In this document: positions 1-10,105 of the stretch, piece by piece | Position numbering within the stretch: position 1 is the first letter of the stretch | Layout of the letters: the number at the start of each line of letters is the position of its first letter | Origin: an uncultured Myxococcales bacterium | GTDB taxonomy: Bacteria; Myxococcota_A; UBA9042 | DNA: 64,000 bases | NCBI GenBank assembly: GCA_903883645.1 | Contig: CAISBR010000131.1 | Span: forward strand, 11,871-75,870 | Reading direction: 5' to 3' | Position numbers and translations under genes: made by a program | Notes under the pieces: model-generated | Told to the model about the DNA's origin: nothing | Seen by the model: the letters and a program-made list of their open reading frames with translations, nothing else | The model's database searches: none

Positions 1-352
1 GATTGCGCACTATGCCTATCGCAAGGCCTTTGAGGCGCTCGACGGCGCCCAGCGACCGGCCGAGGCCAGCCAACACGATTGCGACGCGGAACAGCTTGAA
101 GCGCAAATGGAAGACCCGGTCGATGTGGTGGCGCGCTGCCGGGCACATCTGCGCAAGACGGCGCTGCGCGGCCTTGACGACGAACAGGCCGCTCAGCTGG
201 GCCACTACGTCGACGCGCGGGTTGCCGGGCTGGCATTGGGCAAGAAGGCCAAGGAGTTGCGCAAGGTGGCGCTGACCGAGCAGTGGCTGTCGCTGCACCT
301 CGGGCTACAGTGGCCGAGTCTTGACGGCTGGTTTGCCGCGGACGGCGCCTAG
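1..352 (+). CDS. 3' fragment of an upstream gene (frame 2 is open from the window edge to TAG at 350-352); hypothetical protein
   Basis: Frame 2 has no stop from position 2 to 352; the listed ORFs 3..275 and 107..352 belong to this one partial gene. No recognisable motif. Confidence 0.35.
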   Translation, partial: IAHYAYRKAFEALDGAQRPAEASQHDCDAEQLEAQMEDPVDVVARCRAHLRKTALRGLDDEQAAQLGHYVDARVAGLALGKKAKELRKVALTEQWLSLHLGLQWPSLDGWFAADGA

Positions 353-366
353 ACCGTGTAGGTCTG

Positions 367-2067
367 CTAGTTGTTTGACGAAAGTGCGCGCCAGCGCTTG
401 GCGCGGTTGCTCCACAGGTACAGCAGGCCGTCGCGGCCGAGGCCGAGCAAGTCGTCGCCCATCAGCCAGATGCCCATCAAGTCGCCGTCGCGGTCGATAT
501 AGCTCGCGACATTACCCGAGTATACGCGGCCTTCGGTGTCGAGGCCGTACCAGGTGGCACCGAATGCCTGTACTTGATGCACGCCCGTGGCGATCGCCTC
601 GCCGCCGTTGTCCCACTGACCGCTGCGCCAGCGAAACAGGGTTCCGCCTTCGTGATCAAGGACATACAATACGCCTCGGCTGGCCGTAAGCGACCCGCGT
701 ATCGGGCGCGAGCTGAGCACCACTCGCTTGTCGCCGCGCACCATCGACACCATACCGGCCTTGTCGAGCACAAACACCGCGCCGTCGCTGGCTTCGAGGT
801 CGCGCGCCGGGCCCAGGCGGGTGCCCTGCCACTTGCCGGTGTCGCGCTCGTACGTCATGACGTTGCCTTCGCTGTCGGTGGCGTAGATCTGGCCGGTGGC
901 GTCATCGATGTCCATCGCCACGGCCTTGCCTACATCAAAGTACTTGATACTGCTACGAATCCATAGGTGGCCACTCTGCGACACGGCCAGCAGCGGAAAG
1001 CTCTGCTCGATGTATTTGACCGCCTTGGGCCGCTCGATGTCGGGCAGGGATGCCAAGGCGCCTTCGAGACTGTCGTTGAGCCAAGCGACCTCGCCAACGC
1101 CGCTGAGCAGGGTGCGCCCACCGTAGGTAAATGCCGAGAATAACGCGCAAACAACCTTTTTCGACTCGCCACCAGGGAAGCGCTTTTCCACGTCGGCAAA
1201 GACGCGCTTGACGATGACTGTCATGGCCGCGCTGTCGGGACTGCCTTTGCTATCCAAGCGTTCGGGCCCACTAGCCAGCGCATGCCCCAGGTCACCCTTT
1301 TGCTCGACAAACGCGCGCACTACATTGGCCGGCCGAGCAAAACCTAGCGATTGCGCATTCTTGCGTATCCACGTGTTGATGCCGACCAGCTTGCCGTCCA
1401 TGTCGAGCAGCGGCCCGCCCGAATTGCCTGGATTGATAGCTGTTTCGGTCTGCAGCGCGTTCTTGCGGATCGCCGAGATCGACCCCGACGTCAGCGTCCA
1501 CGCCAACCCCTGCGGATTGCCGATCGCCACGACATCTTGGCCGACGCGCACTACGTCCGAATCACCCCAATTTACAGTGGGATAGCCCCCTTTGCGTTCG
1601 GGTAGCTGCAGCAGCGCCAAGTCGTTTTCGGCGTCGACGCGCAGCACCCGCGGCGTCAGCGCTTTGGCCTTGTGGGCGCGGACATAGCTCGCCAAATCCT
1701 CTTCAACAACGCGCTCTTTGGGGTCATACAAGAACACGGCGAACGTTTCGGCCTGCGCCGCATCGGCCACCACATGGTGGTTGGTAATGAGCAGACCCTT
1801 GCTGTCGACCACTACGCCCGCGCCGATCTCCGCGCCGTGGCGGGTCATGAGCACGATAAGCGCCGTCGCCGGGCTACATTTGTCGAAGACGTCGGCCTTG
1901 CTGAGTGCCAGGGCAGGGGGCACCGGGGCGATCGCGGCCTGCGCGGCTACGGCTAGCGCGAGCGCACTCAGCCAGCCGAGAGTCTTGTTTGCCATCCGAT
2001 TTCGAAATGGAATCATACGACTATCCTCGAGATTGAGCCGCCTGACTTCGACCGCGTGCGCCCGCAC
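367..2067 (-). CDS. Secreted trypsin-like serine protease (HtrA/S1C-type catalytic domain) with a C-terminal beta-propeller-like repeat domain
   Basis: N-terminal signal-like segment (ANKTLGWLSALALAVAAQAAIA). Catalytic triad context TNHHVV ... DLALLQL ... GNSGGPLLDMDGKLVGINTW, typical of the chymotrypsin fold. C-terminal ~250 aa has repeated G-x-hydrophobic-Y/W...D..G blades. Start probably internal (MIPFRNRM). Confidence 0.7.
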   Translation of the reverse strand: MRAHAVEVRRLNLEDSRMIPFRNRMANKTLGWLSALALAVAAQAAIAPVPPALALSKADVFDKCSPATALIVLMTRHGAEIGAGVVVDSKGLLITNHHVVADAAQAETFAVFLYDPKERVVEEDLASYVRAHKAKALTPRVLRVDAENDLALLQLPERKGGYPTVNWGDSDVVRVGQDVVAIGNPQGLAWTLTSGSISAIRKNALQTETAINPGNSGGPLLDMDGKLVGINTWIRKNAQSLGFARPANVVRAFVEQKGDLGHALASGPERLDSKGSPDSAAMTVIVKRVFADVEKRFPGGESKKVVCALFSAFTYGGRTLLSGVGEVAWLNDSLEGALASLPDIERPKAVKYIEQSFPLLAVSQSGHLWIRSSIKYFDVGKAVAMDIDDATGQIYATDSEGNVMTYERDTGKWQGTRLGPARDLEASDGAVFVLDKAGMVSMVRGDKRVVLSSRPIRGSLTASRGVLYVLDHEGGTLFRWRSGQWDNGGEAIATGVHQVQAFGATWYGLDTEGRVYSGNVASYIDRDGDLMGIWLMGDDLLGLGRDGLLYLWSNRAKRWRALSSNN

Positions 2068-2214
2068 TTACCTGCGCCGAGGCGGCCAGACCACCCTGAC
2101 GGTAGGAGGATGGCGTCGCGCCGTCAACGCAGGACCGCCGCACTGCCGTGCCATCACCTGCGTGACCGCACTTTCGCGCCGCTCTCAGATACAATCGCGT
2201 GACGAAACCCCCGC

Positions 2215-3489
2215 GTGCGGCTATCCTTGCCGCCTCGGCCACAGAGGCCCTCGCCGGTAGGCATGAAGACCATCGCTCTTGTTGCTCCGTTTTTTCAAGA
2301 CAATACCCTTCGTTATGTCCGCGCCCTGGCCGATGTGGGCAAGTGCCAGGCCCTGCTGATTAGCCAAGACCCGCGCGAGCGTTTGCCGGCCGACCTGCAA
2401 GACAAAATCGCGGGTCACTACCGCGTGGGCAACTGCATGAACGGCGATGACCTGGCGCGGGCCTGCCGGGCTTTTCGTAAGCATTTCGGCGAGCTCGATG
2501 GTCTGTATGGCGTGCTCGAGCAGCTGCAAGAGCCCATGGCGCAGGCGCGCGAGCTGGCGGATGTGCCGGGGATGGGCTCGCTCATCGCCAAGAATTTCCG
2601 TGACAAAGCGCAGATGAAGGATGTGCTGCGCGCGGCCGGCGTGCCGGTGGCCCGGCATATGTTGGTCGAGCGTGACTTGGATGCGCTTGACTTTGTTGAG
2701 AAAGTTGGTCTGCCGATCATCTTGAAGCCCGTCGCGGGTCTGGGTAGCCGCGGTACCTACCGCATCCAGACCATCGAGGACCTGCATCAGGCACTCAAGA
2801 CGCTGCGGCCCTCGATCGACGCGCCGCTGCAGGCCGAAGAGTTCGTGGTAGGTCGCGAAAATACCTGCGAAACCGTGACGATCGCCGGCAAGCATGTGTG
2901 GTCGAGTGGCACGTGGTACATGAACCGGCCGCTCGAGGTGCTCGAAAACCCGTGGATGCAGTACTGTGTGATCCTGCCGCGGGAGGATAATCTTCCTGAA
3001 TTCAAGAAGTTCTTGCCCGATAACCACGCTGCGCTGACGGCCTTGGGGATGCAAACTGGGCTGTCGCACATGGAGTGGTTTCTGCGCGCCGACGGTACGC
3101 ACGTGGTCAGCGAAGTGGGGGCGCGGCCGCCCGGCGTGCAGATCATGCCGATGAACGGCATTGCTTACGAAGTCGATATGTTGGCGCTGTGGACCAAGCT
3201 GATGGTGCACGAAGAGTGGCCCAAGAAGCTGACGCGCAAGTGGGCGGTCGGCGCAGCGTTTTTTAGGGGACAGGGGCGCGGGCGCAAGGTGGCGCATGTG
3301 GCCGGCCTCGACCAGGCGATGATCACCGCCGTGCCGTACCTCGTCGATGCGAACTGGCCCACGGTCGGCAAGGCGCGCGCCGATGGCTACGAGGGCGAGG
3401 GCTGGGTCATCGTGAAGGCCAATGACACTGCGACCGTGAAAGACGTGTTGCGTCAACTCGTTACCTTGGTGCAGATACGCTACGCCTAG
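2215..3489 (+). CDS. ATP-grasp family carboxylate-amine/thiol ligase
   Basis: ATP-grasp signatures (LPIILKPVAGLGSRGTYRIQT; EEFVVGRENTCETV; HMEWFLRADGTHVVSEVGARPPG). Likely start MKTIALVAPFF at 2263. Confidence 0.7.
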   Translation: MRLSLPPRPQRPSPVGMKTIALVAPFFQDNTLRYVRALADVGKCQALLISQDPRERLPADLQDKIAGHYRVGNCMNGDDLARACRAFRKHFGELDGLYGVLEQLQEPMAQARELADVPGMGSLIAKNFRDKAQMKDVLRAAGVPVARHMLVERDLDALDFVEKVGLPIILKPVAGLGSRGTYRIQTIEDLHQALKTLRPSIDAPLQAEEFVVGRENTCETVTIAGKHVWSSGTWYMNRPLEVLENPWMQYCVILPREDNLPEFKKFLPDNHAALTALGMQTGLSHMEWFLRADGTHVVSEVGARPPGVQIMPMNGIAYEVDMLALWTKLMVHEEWPKKLTRKWAVGAAFFRGQGRGRKVAHVAGLDQAMITAVPYLVDANWPTVGKARADGYEGEGWVIVKANDTATVKDVLRQLVTLVQIRYA

Positions 3490-3550
3490 GCGCAGAGCTA
3501 CCACACGCCAATCCAACAAGCCAATCCAACAAGCATTACAAGAGGTTCAC

Positions 3551-4405
3551 ATGCGGCCAGCTCTGGTCATCTTGGACTTTGACGGCACCTTTACCGACAG
3601 CGAGGCGGAAGGCGCACCGTTTGCCACAGCATTTCCGTATGTTCTGGCGTGGCACCAGCAGGCGCCCGACGAGTTTATCCGCGCGTGGTCGCCGTCGGTG
3701 GTCGCGGTGCGGCATAACTCGCCAGAAGAAGGCTGGTTTACCAATGGGGTCTACTCAGCGCCGGCGGACGCGGACCCCTACATTCGCTGTTCAGCAGCTG
3801 GGTTGCGCATGCTGCGGCAGTTCGGCATGGGGGGCGACGACGAGCAGCGTGGCGCCTTGCTGGCGGCGACGTATGCCGAGGCCTATGCCTGCTCGGCGAC
3901 TAGCTTTCGGCCGCACGCGACGGAGGCGCTCGATCGCATTGTCGACAGTGGCGCCCGCGTGGTGGTCGTGACCAACAGCGAGCCGACGCATGTCGCCAAG
4001 AAAATCGACCACTTGGGGCTGCAAGACCGCGCGGCGGTCACGGTGGTGGGCAACGCCATGAAATTCTGGGTCGATGCCAAGGGTTGCGACGACCCGGCGT
4101 TTGCCGCCCTGCCGACCGAGCAACGCTGGCCTGGCCTGCAGCGGTCGGTTTTGCTCAAGCGAAGCAAGTACTTCAACATCCTGGCCCAGCTGTGGCGCGA
4201 GACGGGCTGCGGTCCGGCCGAGACGCTGGTGTGTGGCGACATCTACGAGCTGGACTTGGCGCTGCCAGCGGCGCTGGGTGCGCGGGTGGCGCTGATGAAG
4301 CGAGCCAATACGTATGGTTACGAGAGGGCTGCGGTCGCCGCGTTGGGATTGCGCGGGCGGTTCATCTACGACCTGCGCGAAGTGGCCGACTGGGTGACAA
4401 CGTAG
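3551..4405 (+). CDS. HAD-superfamily hydrolase/phosphatase
   Basis: Motif I ILDFDGTFTD (DxDGT), motif II VVVVTNS, motif IV VCGDIYELD. RBS aagagg precedes the ATG. Confidence 0.75.
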   Translation: MRPALVILDFDGTFTDSEAEGAPFATAFPYVLAWHQQAPDEFIRAWSPSVVAVRHNSPEEGWFTNGVYSAPADADPYIRCSAAGLRMLRQFGMGGDDEQRGALLAATYAEAYACSATSFRPHATEALDRIVDSGARVVVVTNSEPTHVAKKIDHLGLQDRAAVTVVGNAMKFWVDAKGCDDPAFAALPTEQRWPGLQRSVLLKRSKYFNILAQLWRETGCGPAETLVCGDIYELDLALPAALGARVALMKRANTYGYERAAVAALGLRGRFIYDLREVADWVTT

Positions 4406-4574
4406 GGGGCGAGTGGCGGGCACTGCTACCTAGCATCCGCGAAGTCCGCGCTAGAGCCCAAAAAACACTACGCCCGGAGTCCAGCGGACTCCGGGCGAGC
4501 GGGGAGGCGGCGGGGTGCGAGGCGGCGCGGCAGGCTAGGTACCAGGTACCCGACGGCCAGCCGCCGCGCACGCG

Positions 4575-4880
4575 CTACTTACCGCCGAGGTCCTTGAACT
4601 TCTTCAGACCATCGGGCGTCAGGTCGAACTTCGGCGCCATGTTGGCGTGGCAGGCCTTGCACGCCAGGGCTGGGTCCTTGGCCTTGGCCTCGCTGACCCA
4701 CGCCTTCCAAGCCTTCTTGGCCTCTTCCTGGCCGCCCTTCTTGCAGGCCTCTTCTGTCATCTTGGTCTCGAACTTGGTGCGGTTGCACGGAGCCGGAGCC
4801 GCCGGAGCATCGGCCATGGCCATGCCCGCGCCAAGAACAACCAGACCGAGCGCCAGGATCATCGAAAACTTCTTCATCAC
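4575..4880 (-). CDS. Small secreted monoheme c-type cytochrome
   Basis: Signal peptide MMKKFSMILALGLVVLGAGMAMA, single CxxCH (ACKACH), strong RBS GGAGGAGG. Same strand and immediately downstream of the sigma-54 regulator. Confidence 0.6.
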   Translation of the reverse strand: MMKKFSMILALGLVVLGAGMAMADAPAAPAPCNRTKFETKMTEEACKKGGQEEAKKAWKAWVSEAKAKDPALACKACHANMAPKFDLTPDGLKKFKDLGGK

Positions 4881-5067
4881 TTCCTCCTCCAGTCAACGGG
4901 CCGACCACCTGGCCGCCCCGCTGTCTGGCTTTGTATGCGAGCAGGCGCGTTTCTGTAGGTGCGCTCTTCTCGCCGAGCTGCCGCAGTTGCCCGCGGTGCT
5001 TCGTTTGCTTGCCCAGGTGCGGAATTTTCCACAGCGACTGGGCCAAATTCCACAGTTTCCGCCGCAC

Positions 5068-6471
5068 CTAACCGGCTTTGGCGGGCGCTGGTCCATCGGC
5101 GTCGGGCGCAAGACCCAGGGCCGCCAGCTTCTCGTACAAGGTGCTGCGATGCAGGCCCGCCAGCTCGGCGGCGCGTTGCACGCTGTGACCCGACCGCACC
5201 AAAAGCCGAGTAAAATAATCTACTTCGAATGCGCGGCGCGCGTCCTTGAAGTGGTCGATGTCGGCTGCGTGCGAGCTACTGGTTTGACCCTCGCGGGGCG
5301 CCACTAGCTCCGTTGGCAGACAATCAACCGTAATTTCAGAACCATCACAGATGAGCGCCGCCCGCTCGAGCACATGCTCTAGTTCCCGAACGTTTCCGGG
5401 CCACGGATATTCAATCATCGCGCGCAACACGGCCGGCACCACGGTGTGTTGGGGCCGGTGGTCGCGTGCCGCAATCTTCTGCAAGAAGTGGTCCACTAGG
5501 CGGCCGATGTCCTCGGCGCGCTTGCGCAGGGGCGGCAGCTCGATACGCACGGTATTGATACGATAATACAGGTCTTGGCGAAACTGACCGCGCTCGGCCA
5601 GCTGCTCGATGGCCCGGTTTGAGGCGCACAGCATCCGCACGTTGGTGTGCTCGAGCCGCCTGCTACCAACTCGATAATACTCGCCATTTTGCAGAACGCG
5701 CAGGAGCTTGGGCTGCAGCGCCAGGCTCATGTCGCCAATCTCGTCGAGGAAAAGGGTGCCGCCATCGGCCTCGGCAAAAAAGCCTTCGCGCGACTGATTG
5801 GCGCCCGAAAACGCGCCCTTTTCGTGGCCAAATAGCTCACTTTCAAGCAGGTGTTCGGGGATCGCGCTGCAGTTCAGCGACACGAACGGCCCCTTGTTGC
5901 GCAGGCTCAACTTGTGGATATGCTGGGCAAACACGTCTTTTCCGGTGCCGCTTTCACCCAGGATCAGCACGGGCAGGTCCGAGGGCGCCGCCCGCGCGGC
6001 TAGCTGCAAGGCCGCCTGCATCGTTGGGGCACTTCCAATAATTCCATGACTTTCAGTTTGGCGCGAGACCACGGAGCGCAGTCGGGTGTTTTCGCGCACC
6101 AACTGCCGGTGGGTGATCGCGCGCTCGACCACAATCTCGAGCTCGCTCGGATCAAAGGGCTTGCGCAAGTAGTCGAACGCGCCGCGCTTCATCGCCTCGA
6201 CAGCGGTCTCGACCGTGCCAAACGCGGTGATCACGACTACCGGCAGATCGGGATCGAGCTTGTGGAAGCGCTCTAAGCCCTGCAGCCCGTCGATTCCGGG
6301 CATGCGCAGGTCGGTCACCGCGACGTCCGCACCATCGGTCTGAAGAAATTCCTCGGCTTCGGCCACACCCGTGGCCGTGGCCAGCCGATAGCGCCGCGCA
6401 TCCATACTGCGGGTGAACAGCTCGCGCGCGGCGGGCTGATCGTCGATGAACAGGACGGTCGGTCGATTCAC
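5068..6471 (-). CDS. Sigma-54-dependent response regulator (NtrC family: receiver + AAA+ sigma-54 activator + HTH)
   Basis: Receiver (LFIDDQ...DLRMPGIDG), Walker A GESGTGKD, GAFSGA/ESELFGHEKGAFSGA sigma-54 interaction motif, C-terminal HTH. Overlaps the kinase gene by 4 bp. Confidence 0.9.
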   Translation of the reverse strand: MNRPTVLFIDDQPAARELFTRSMDARRYRLATATGVAEAEEFLQTDGADVAVTDLRMPGIDGLQGLERFHKLDPDLPVVVITAFGTVETAVEAMKRGAFDYLRKPFDPSELEIVVERAITHRQLVRENTRLRSVVSRQTESHGIIGSAPTMQAALQLAARAAPSDLPVLILGESGTGKDVFAQHIHKLSLRNKGPFVSLNCSAIPEHLLESELFGHEKGAFSGANQSREGFFAEADGGTLFLDEIGDMSLALQPKLLRVLQNGEYYRVGSRRLEHTNVRMLCASNRAIEQLAERGQFRQDLYYRINTVRIELPPLRKRAEDIGRLVDHFLQKIAARDHRPQHTVVPAVLRAMIEYPWPGNVRELEHVLERAALICDGSEITVDCLPTELVAPREGQTSSSHAADIDHFKDARRAFEVDYFTRLLVRSGHSVQRAAELAGLHRSTLYEKLAALGLAPDADGPAPAKAG

Positions 6472-8450
6472 GGCGCCTCCTGTTTCGGCCCGTCGAGCGG
6501 CAGGTCGATGGTAAAGGTGGTGCCCACGCCGAGCTGCGACTCAACACTCAGCTGTCCGCCATGTAAAGCAATGATTTGATGGGCAATTGATAGGCCAAGG
6601 CCCGTACCTTTGCCTTCCTTTGTCGAAAAGAACGGGTCGAAGATGCGGTCGAGATTCTCGCGCGGAATGCCGCAGCCGTTGTCGGCGATGACGACGCGGG
6701 CGCGCTGGTTGGCGTCGCGATGGGCGCTGACCCGCAGTGTCGGGTGGGGCACGCCGTCGAGCGCGTCGAGAGCATTGAGCAGTAAATTGACCAGAACCTG
6801 CACCAACTGCCGGCCATCACAGCGAATCGCGCCCAGATCGGCCTGGATATTCTCGTCGAGCTGCACTGTAGACGACCGCAGCCGATATCCACACATGCCC
6901 AGCGCCTCTTGCAGTAGGTCCGCCAGCGATTCGTCGCCAAAGCGGTTGTGCCCCGGCCGTGCAAACTGCAAGAAACGGTCCAAGATCTGAACACCTCGCT
7001 GATTTTCGCTGCGAATGGCGGCAATGTCGGGCGTGCGGTCGTCGTCGGCGGGCGTGGCGCGGGCCAGCAGCCCGGCAAAGCCTTGGATCGCGTGCATCAC
7101 GTTGCCGAGCTCGTGGGCCAGGCCCGCCGCAATCGTTCCGAGCGAAACCAAGCGGTCGTGGCGGCGCAAACGCTCTTCCAGCATGCGGTCGGCCGTCACA
7201 TCCGTCACGATGAGCACCGCGCCCAATGAACGGTTGCCCTGGCCGAGCAGCGGGTAGGCGTGGATGGCGAGCTGCCGCTGGGTAGGGCCACTGGCCTGTT
7301 CGCCGTCGCCGGTCGATGGATCATACATCCTTGAAATTTCGAACTTTCTCCCCTTGCGTGTATGGATTACCTCTTCGACCGTACGCCACAGCGGCTCGCC
7401 CTCGGGCACGATCTGTGCCAAGTGCATGCCGGGCTCGGGCTTCGACAGCCCCGCTAGCTGGCGACTCGCAGACTGGTTGACCTGTACGACCTCGCCGGCC
7501 AAATCACATGTTAACACGCCCTCTTCCATCGCACGGAACACCGACTCAAGGTAACGCGCCGTCTCGCGCAGCTCGGCCGTCACATCGTCGACGCGCTGGC
7601 GCAGGCGCGCACTCTGCAGCTGCAGCTTGTCGAGCAGGTCGGCGTTTGCCGCGCGCTGTTCTTTCAAAGCATCGACCAACTGCCCAAATCGATACTGCAA
7701 TTGACCGATCTCGTCGCGTGAAGTGGGGGCGATGGCGACTTGATCGAATTTGCCCTCGGCCACGGCTTCGGCCGCCTTGCCCAACTGTGCCAAAGGATTG
7801 GTAATTCTTCGCACATATACCGAGGCCAGGGCCGAGCCCACTAGCATCCACAGCAGCGCCATCGCCAGGGCAACTGCAGTTAAATGAAAGCTTTTTTCGG
7901 CCAGCACCGTCGAGCGAAAAACCAGGTTGATGTTGCCTACGATCTCGCTACCGCGCGCAATCGGCGCCCCAACCTCGTACATCGCATCGTCGCCGACCAG
8001 CGCCGCCAGACCTGGACTGCGCCGTGGTGTCCGAAATGCACCAAATGGCTGCGTTATTTGCGGTTCACGCCCCGGGCGCTTGCGCGACGCCAGCACCTTG
8101 CCGGCGCGGTCGCTCACCACTACCTCGACCACATCGACGGTCTTGTCGAGCCGGTCAAAGAGCAGACCAAAGGCCCTTTCGGTCGGATTCTCGAGCAGCG
8201 CCACCGCACTCGTGGCCACGCTCTGGGCAACGATGGTGCCGTCGCTCAGCACATGCTGGTCCATATCCGTGATTTCGCTCGATAACCACACCAAGGTCTG
8301 GCCGAGCAGCACCAGGCAAATCACGCCCGACATCAGCACGACCAGCTTGGTGCCGAGACTTATCGGTGCGCCACGGAGCCACGCCATCGCTGTTAACCAC
8401 GGCCGCAGACTCAGCTTCATGACTGGCCTCGCATGGGCAAGCTGTGGCAT
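6468..8450 (-). CDS. Transmembrane sensor histidine kinase (TM, HAMP, PAS, HisKA, HATPase_c)
   Basis: H-box [15 protein letters not shown]; N/G boxes [22 protein letters not shown]...GTGLGLSIA. Alternative start ATG at 8420 forms an ATGA overlap with the stop of the upstream cytochrome gene. Confidence 0.85.
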   Translation of the reverse strand: MPQLAHARPVMKLSLRPWLTAMAWLRGAPISLGTKLVVLMSGVICLVLLGQTLVWLSSEITDMDQHVLSDGTIVAQSVATSAVALLENPTERAFGLLFDRLDKTVDVVEVVVSDRAGKVLASRKRPGREPQITQPFGAFRTPRRSPGLAALVGDDAMYEVGAPIARGSEIVGNINLVFRSTVLAEKSFHLTAVALAMALLWMLVGSALASVYVRRITNPLAQLGKAAEAVAEGKFDQVAIAPTSRDEIGQLQYRFGQLVDALKEQRAANADLLDKLQLQSARLRQRVDDVTAELRETARYLESVFRAMEEGVLTCDLAGEVVQVNQSASRQLAGLSKPEPGMHLAQIVPEGEPLWRTVEEVIHTRKGRKFEISRMYDPSTGDGEQASGPTQRQLAIHAYPLLGQGNRSLGAVLIVTDVTADRMLEERLRRHDRLVSLGTIAAGLAHELGNVMHAIQGFAGLLARATPADDDRTPDIAAIRSENQRGVQILDRFLQFARPGHNRFGDESLADLLQEALGMCGYRLRSSTVQLDENIQADLGAIRCDGRQLVQVLVNLLLNALDALDGVPHPTLRVSAHRDANQRARVVIADNGCGIPRENLDRIFDPFFSTKEGKGTGLGLSIAHQIIALHGGQLSVESQLGVGTTFTIDLPLDGPKQEAP

Positions 8451-9439
8451 TTTTCGCAGGGCAAGGTATTCATGCCCGCGGGGGCGGTGCGCGGTCTGCG
8501 TCGTTCAGGGCGACCGCCCTCGGCGCTGCTGGGCGAGACATCGGGCGGCAAGCGGATGCCGGGTGGCAAGGTCTTGAAATCGCTGTTGTCGTGGCACTCG
8601 CGGCAGGCGCTTAAGCTCACGCGCCACAGGTGTGGTTTGTGGCAGTCGCCGCAGTTGCTGTGGTCGGCGATGTCGTGGATGGCCGACGGCAGCTTGCGCT
8701 TGTGGCAGCTGGTGCAGGCGACGATGCGGTCTTGGCCCTTGCCGTGTGGGCGGTGGCAGGTGCCGCAGCCCAGGTTAGCCATGTGGTGATCCTTAGAGTA
8801 ATCGGGCACATAAATGCCCCTCGCGCTGTGGCAATCGATGCACTGCGCCTGCGACGGCAACAGATCATCGCGCTTGGTACGAAAATCGTGGCACGCGTTG
8901 CAGTGCAGCTTCGACATGCCGGCGATGCGCACCTGCTCTTCGTGGCACTTGCCGCACGCATCGAGCGGGTCTACGTTCTTGTGCATCGACGCGCCGTGGC
9001 ACGAGTCGCAGCGCACATTGGGCTGGCGCAGGTGCAGGGCATGGCCGGCCGACACGTGGATCGGCGCATGGCCCGGCATCGGCTTGCCATGGCACGCGGT
9101 GCACGCACTCATCGGCACTTTGGGCGAATGTACGGCGGCCACAGAGCCCGGCTTGGTCGGATCGCGGCCACTCGCATAGGCCCTCAGCATCTCGGCGGCC
9201 TGTTCCAAGGTCTGGTGGTGGCAGTCTTGGCAGGCCACATCGTGGTGCGCGCTTTTTTGCCAAAGCTGGTACTGCTCTTGCGGCTCGTGGCAGTTGGCGC
9301 AAAATTGCGAGTCGTGTTCAACACTATGCACCACCTGCCGCCAGCTTGCGTAGGCAGCCACCACGAACACGATCCCGGCCGCTAGCCACCACCGCATACG
9401 CGGCGACAGTGCGGGTTGGCTTGGCTCCTCTCTGTCCAT
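8417..9439 (-). CDS. Membrane-anchored dodecaheme c-type cytochrome
   Basis: N-terminal TM helix (WWLAAGIVFVVAAYASW) and 12 CxxCH motifs in ~300 aa (CANCH, CQDCH, CTACH, CDSCH, CGKCH, CNACH, CIDCH, CGTCH, CTSCH, CGDCH, CRECH, CEKCH). The heme density resembles c7-type polymer cytochromes. Confidence 0.85.
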   Translation of the reverse strand: MDREEPSQPALSPRMRWWLAAGIVFVVAAYASWRQVVHSVEHDSQFCANCHEPQEQYQLWQKSAHHDVACQDCHHQTLEQAAEMLRAYASGRDPTKPGSVAAVHSPKVPMSACTACHGKPMPGHAPIHVSAGHALHLRQPNVRCDSCHGASMHKNVDPLDACGKCHEEQVRIAGMSKLHCNACHDFRTKRDDLLPSQAQCIDCHSARGIYVPDYSKDHHMANLGCGTCHRPHGKGQDRIVACTSCHKRKLPSAIHDIADHSNCGDCHKPHLWRVSLSACRECHDNSDFKTLPPGIRLPPDVSPSSAEGGRPERRRPRTAPAGMNTLPCEKCHSLPMRGQS

Positions 9440-9520
9440 GCCGTCCCCCGTCTCCTCGGTCCGCTGCGCTCATCGGCACAACCGGGCCGCAAGCACTAGG
9501 TCTCTAACCCGCCTCAGCAC

Positions 9521-10105
9521 CTAATGGCAACCTCCGCAGGTCTGTGTGCGGATCGTGACCTGAAAGTGCCCTTCAAAGGCGTGGCAGCTGTGGCAGTGTC
9601 CCACACCCTGCTCGTCGTGATCAAAGTGCGAGAACGTACCCGTAGGCAACTCAACTTTGGCTGGCTTCTCCGCTGCGTCGTCGTCGTCGCCCGTCGCCGT
9701 TGTCGCCGCAGGGGCCCCCGCTCCCGTCCCGCCGTCGTCCGCTGCTGTGGGTGAGGCTTCCCCAGCGGTGGCGGCAGGATTGGGAGCGGCAGGCTCCGCG
9801 GGACCGCCGGCATCACTGTCGACGGTCGCAGCTTCCGCAGGCGTTGCCGCCGCAGGTGGTTCGGCAGGAGGTGGGCCGAACGGGGTCCCCTTGCGGAAAG
9901 CTTCGAAATTGTGGCACCCAAAGCATGGTAACTTAGCAATTTTAGCAGCTCTACGGGCCTTTTCGGCCTCAGCAGCCTTGGCTGGGTCCTCGGCGGCGGC
10001 TGCGACATGGCTGGGGTCTTGCGCGGCGGCGCGTTGCCCTCCCACGACCCATGCGACCGCCGCTAGCATGGCCACCATGGCGCCTACTGCAGCGATGCGC
10101 TTCAT
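9521..10105 (-). CDS. Secreted triheme c-type cytochrome with a Pro/Ala-rich linker
   Basis: Re-called start: ATG at 10105 (GGGAGG RBS; ATGA overlap with the stop of the upstream gene). Signal peptide MKRIAAVGAMVAMLAAVAWV. CFGCH, CHSCH, CGGCH. The long N-terminal extension in the ORF track (9521..10708) lies in the same frame as the upstream gene's C-terminus and is rejected. Confidence 0.65.
   Translation of the reverse strand: MKRIAAVGAMVAMLAAVAWVVGGQRAAAQDPSHVAAAAEDPAKAAEAEKARRAAKIAKLPCFGCHNFEAFRKGTPFGPPPAEPPAAATPAEAATVDSDAGGPAEPAAPNPAATAGEASPTAADDGGTGAGAPAATTATGDDDDAAEKPAKVELPTGTFSHFDHDEQGVGHCHSCHAFEGHFQVTIRTQTCGGCH

Noticed and set aside
2221-3519. 432-aa minus-strand ORF overlapping the ATP-grasp gene; similar long antisense ORFs at 4084..5307(+), 10051..10776(+), 20471..21478(+), 23744..24703(-), 25510..26364(-), 29341..30375(+), 30758..32086(-), 36667..37668(-), 38557..39225(-), 47621..48421(+), 52321..53307(+), 54801..55622(-), 61879..62856(-), 62711..63853(-)
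   Set aside because: They are typical high-GC artefacts. They lie antisense or out of frame to genes with strong motif-based support (ATP-grasp, kinases, cytochromes, integrases, Cys-repeat proteins), show Arg/Ala/Pro/Gly-rich low-complexity translations and have no RBS or motif support.
4881-5067. Second sigma-54 promoter upstream of the small monoheme cytochrome gene
   Set aside because: Only poor matches (TGGGCA...; GG-N8-GC spacing) were found.
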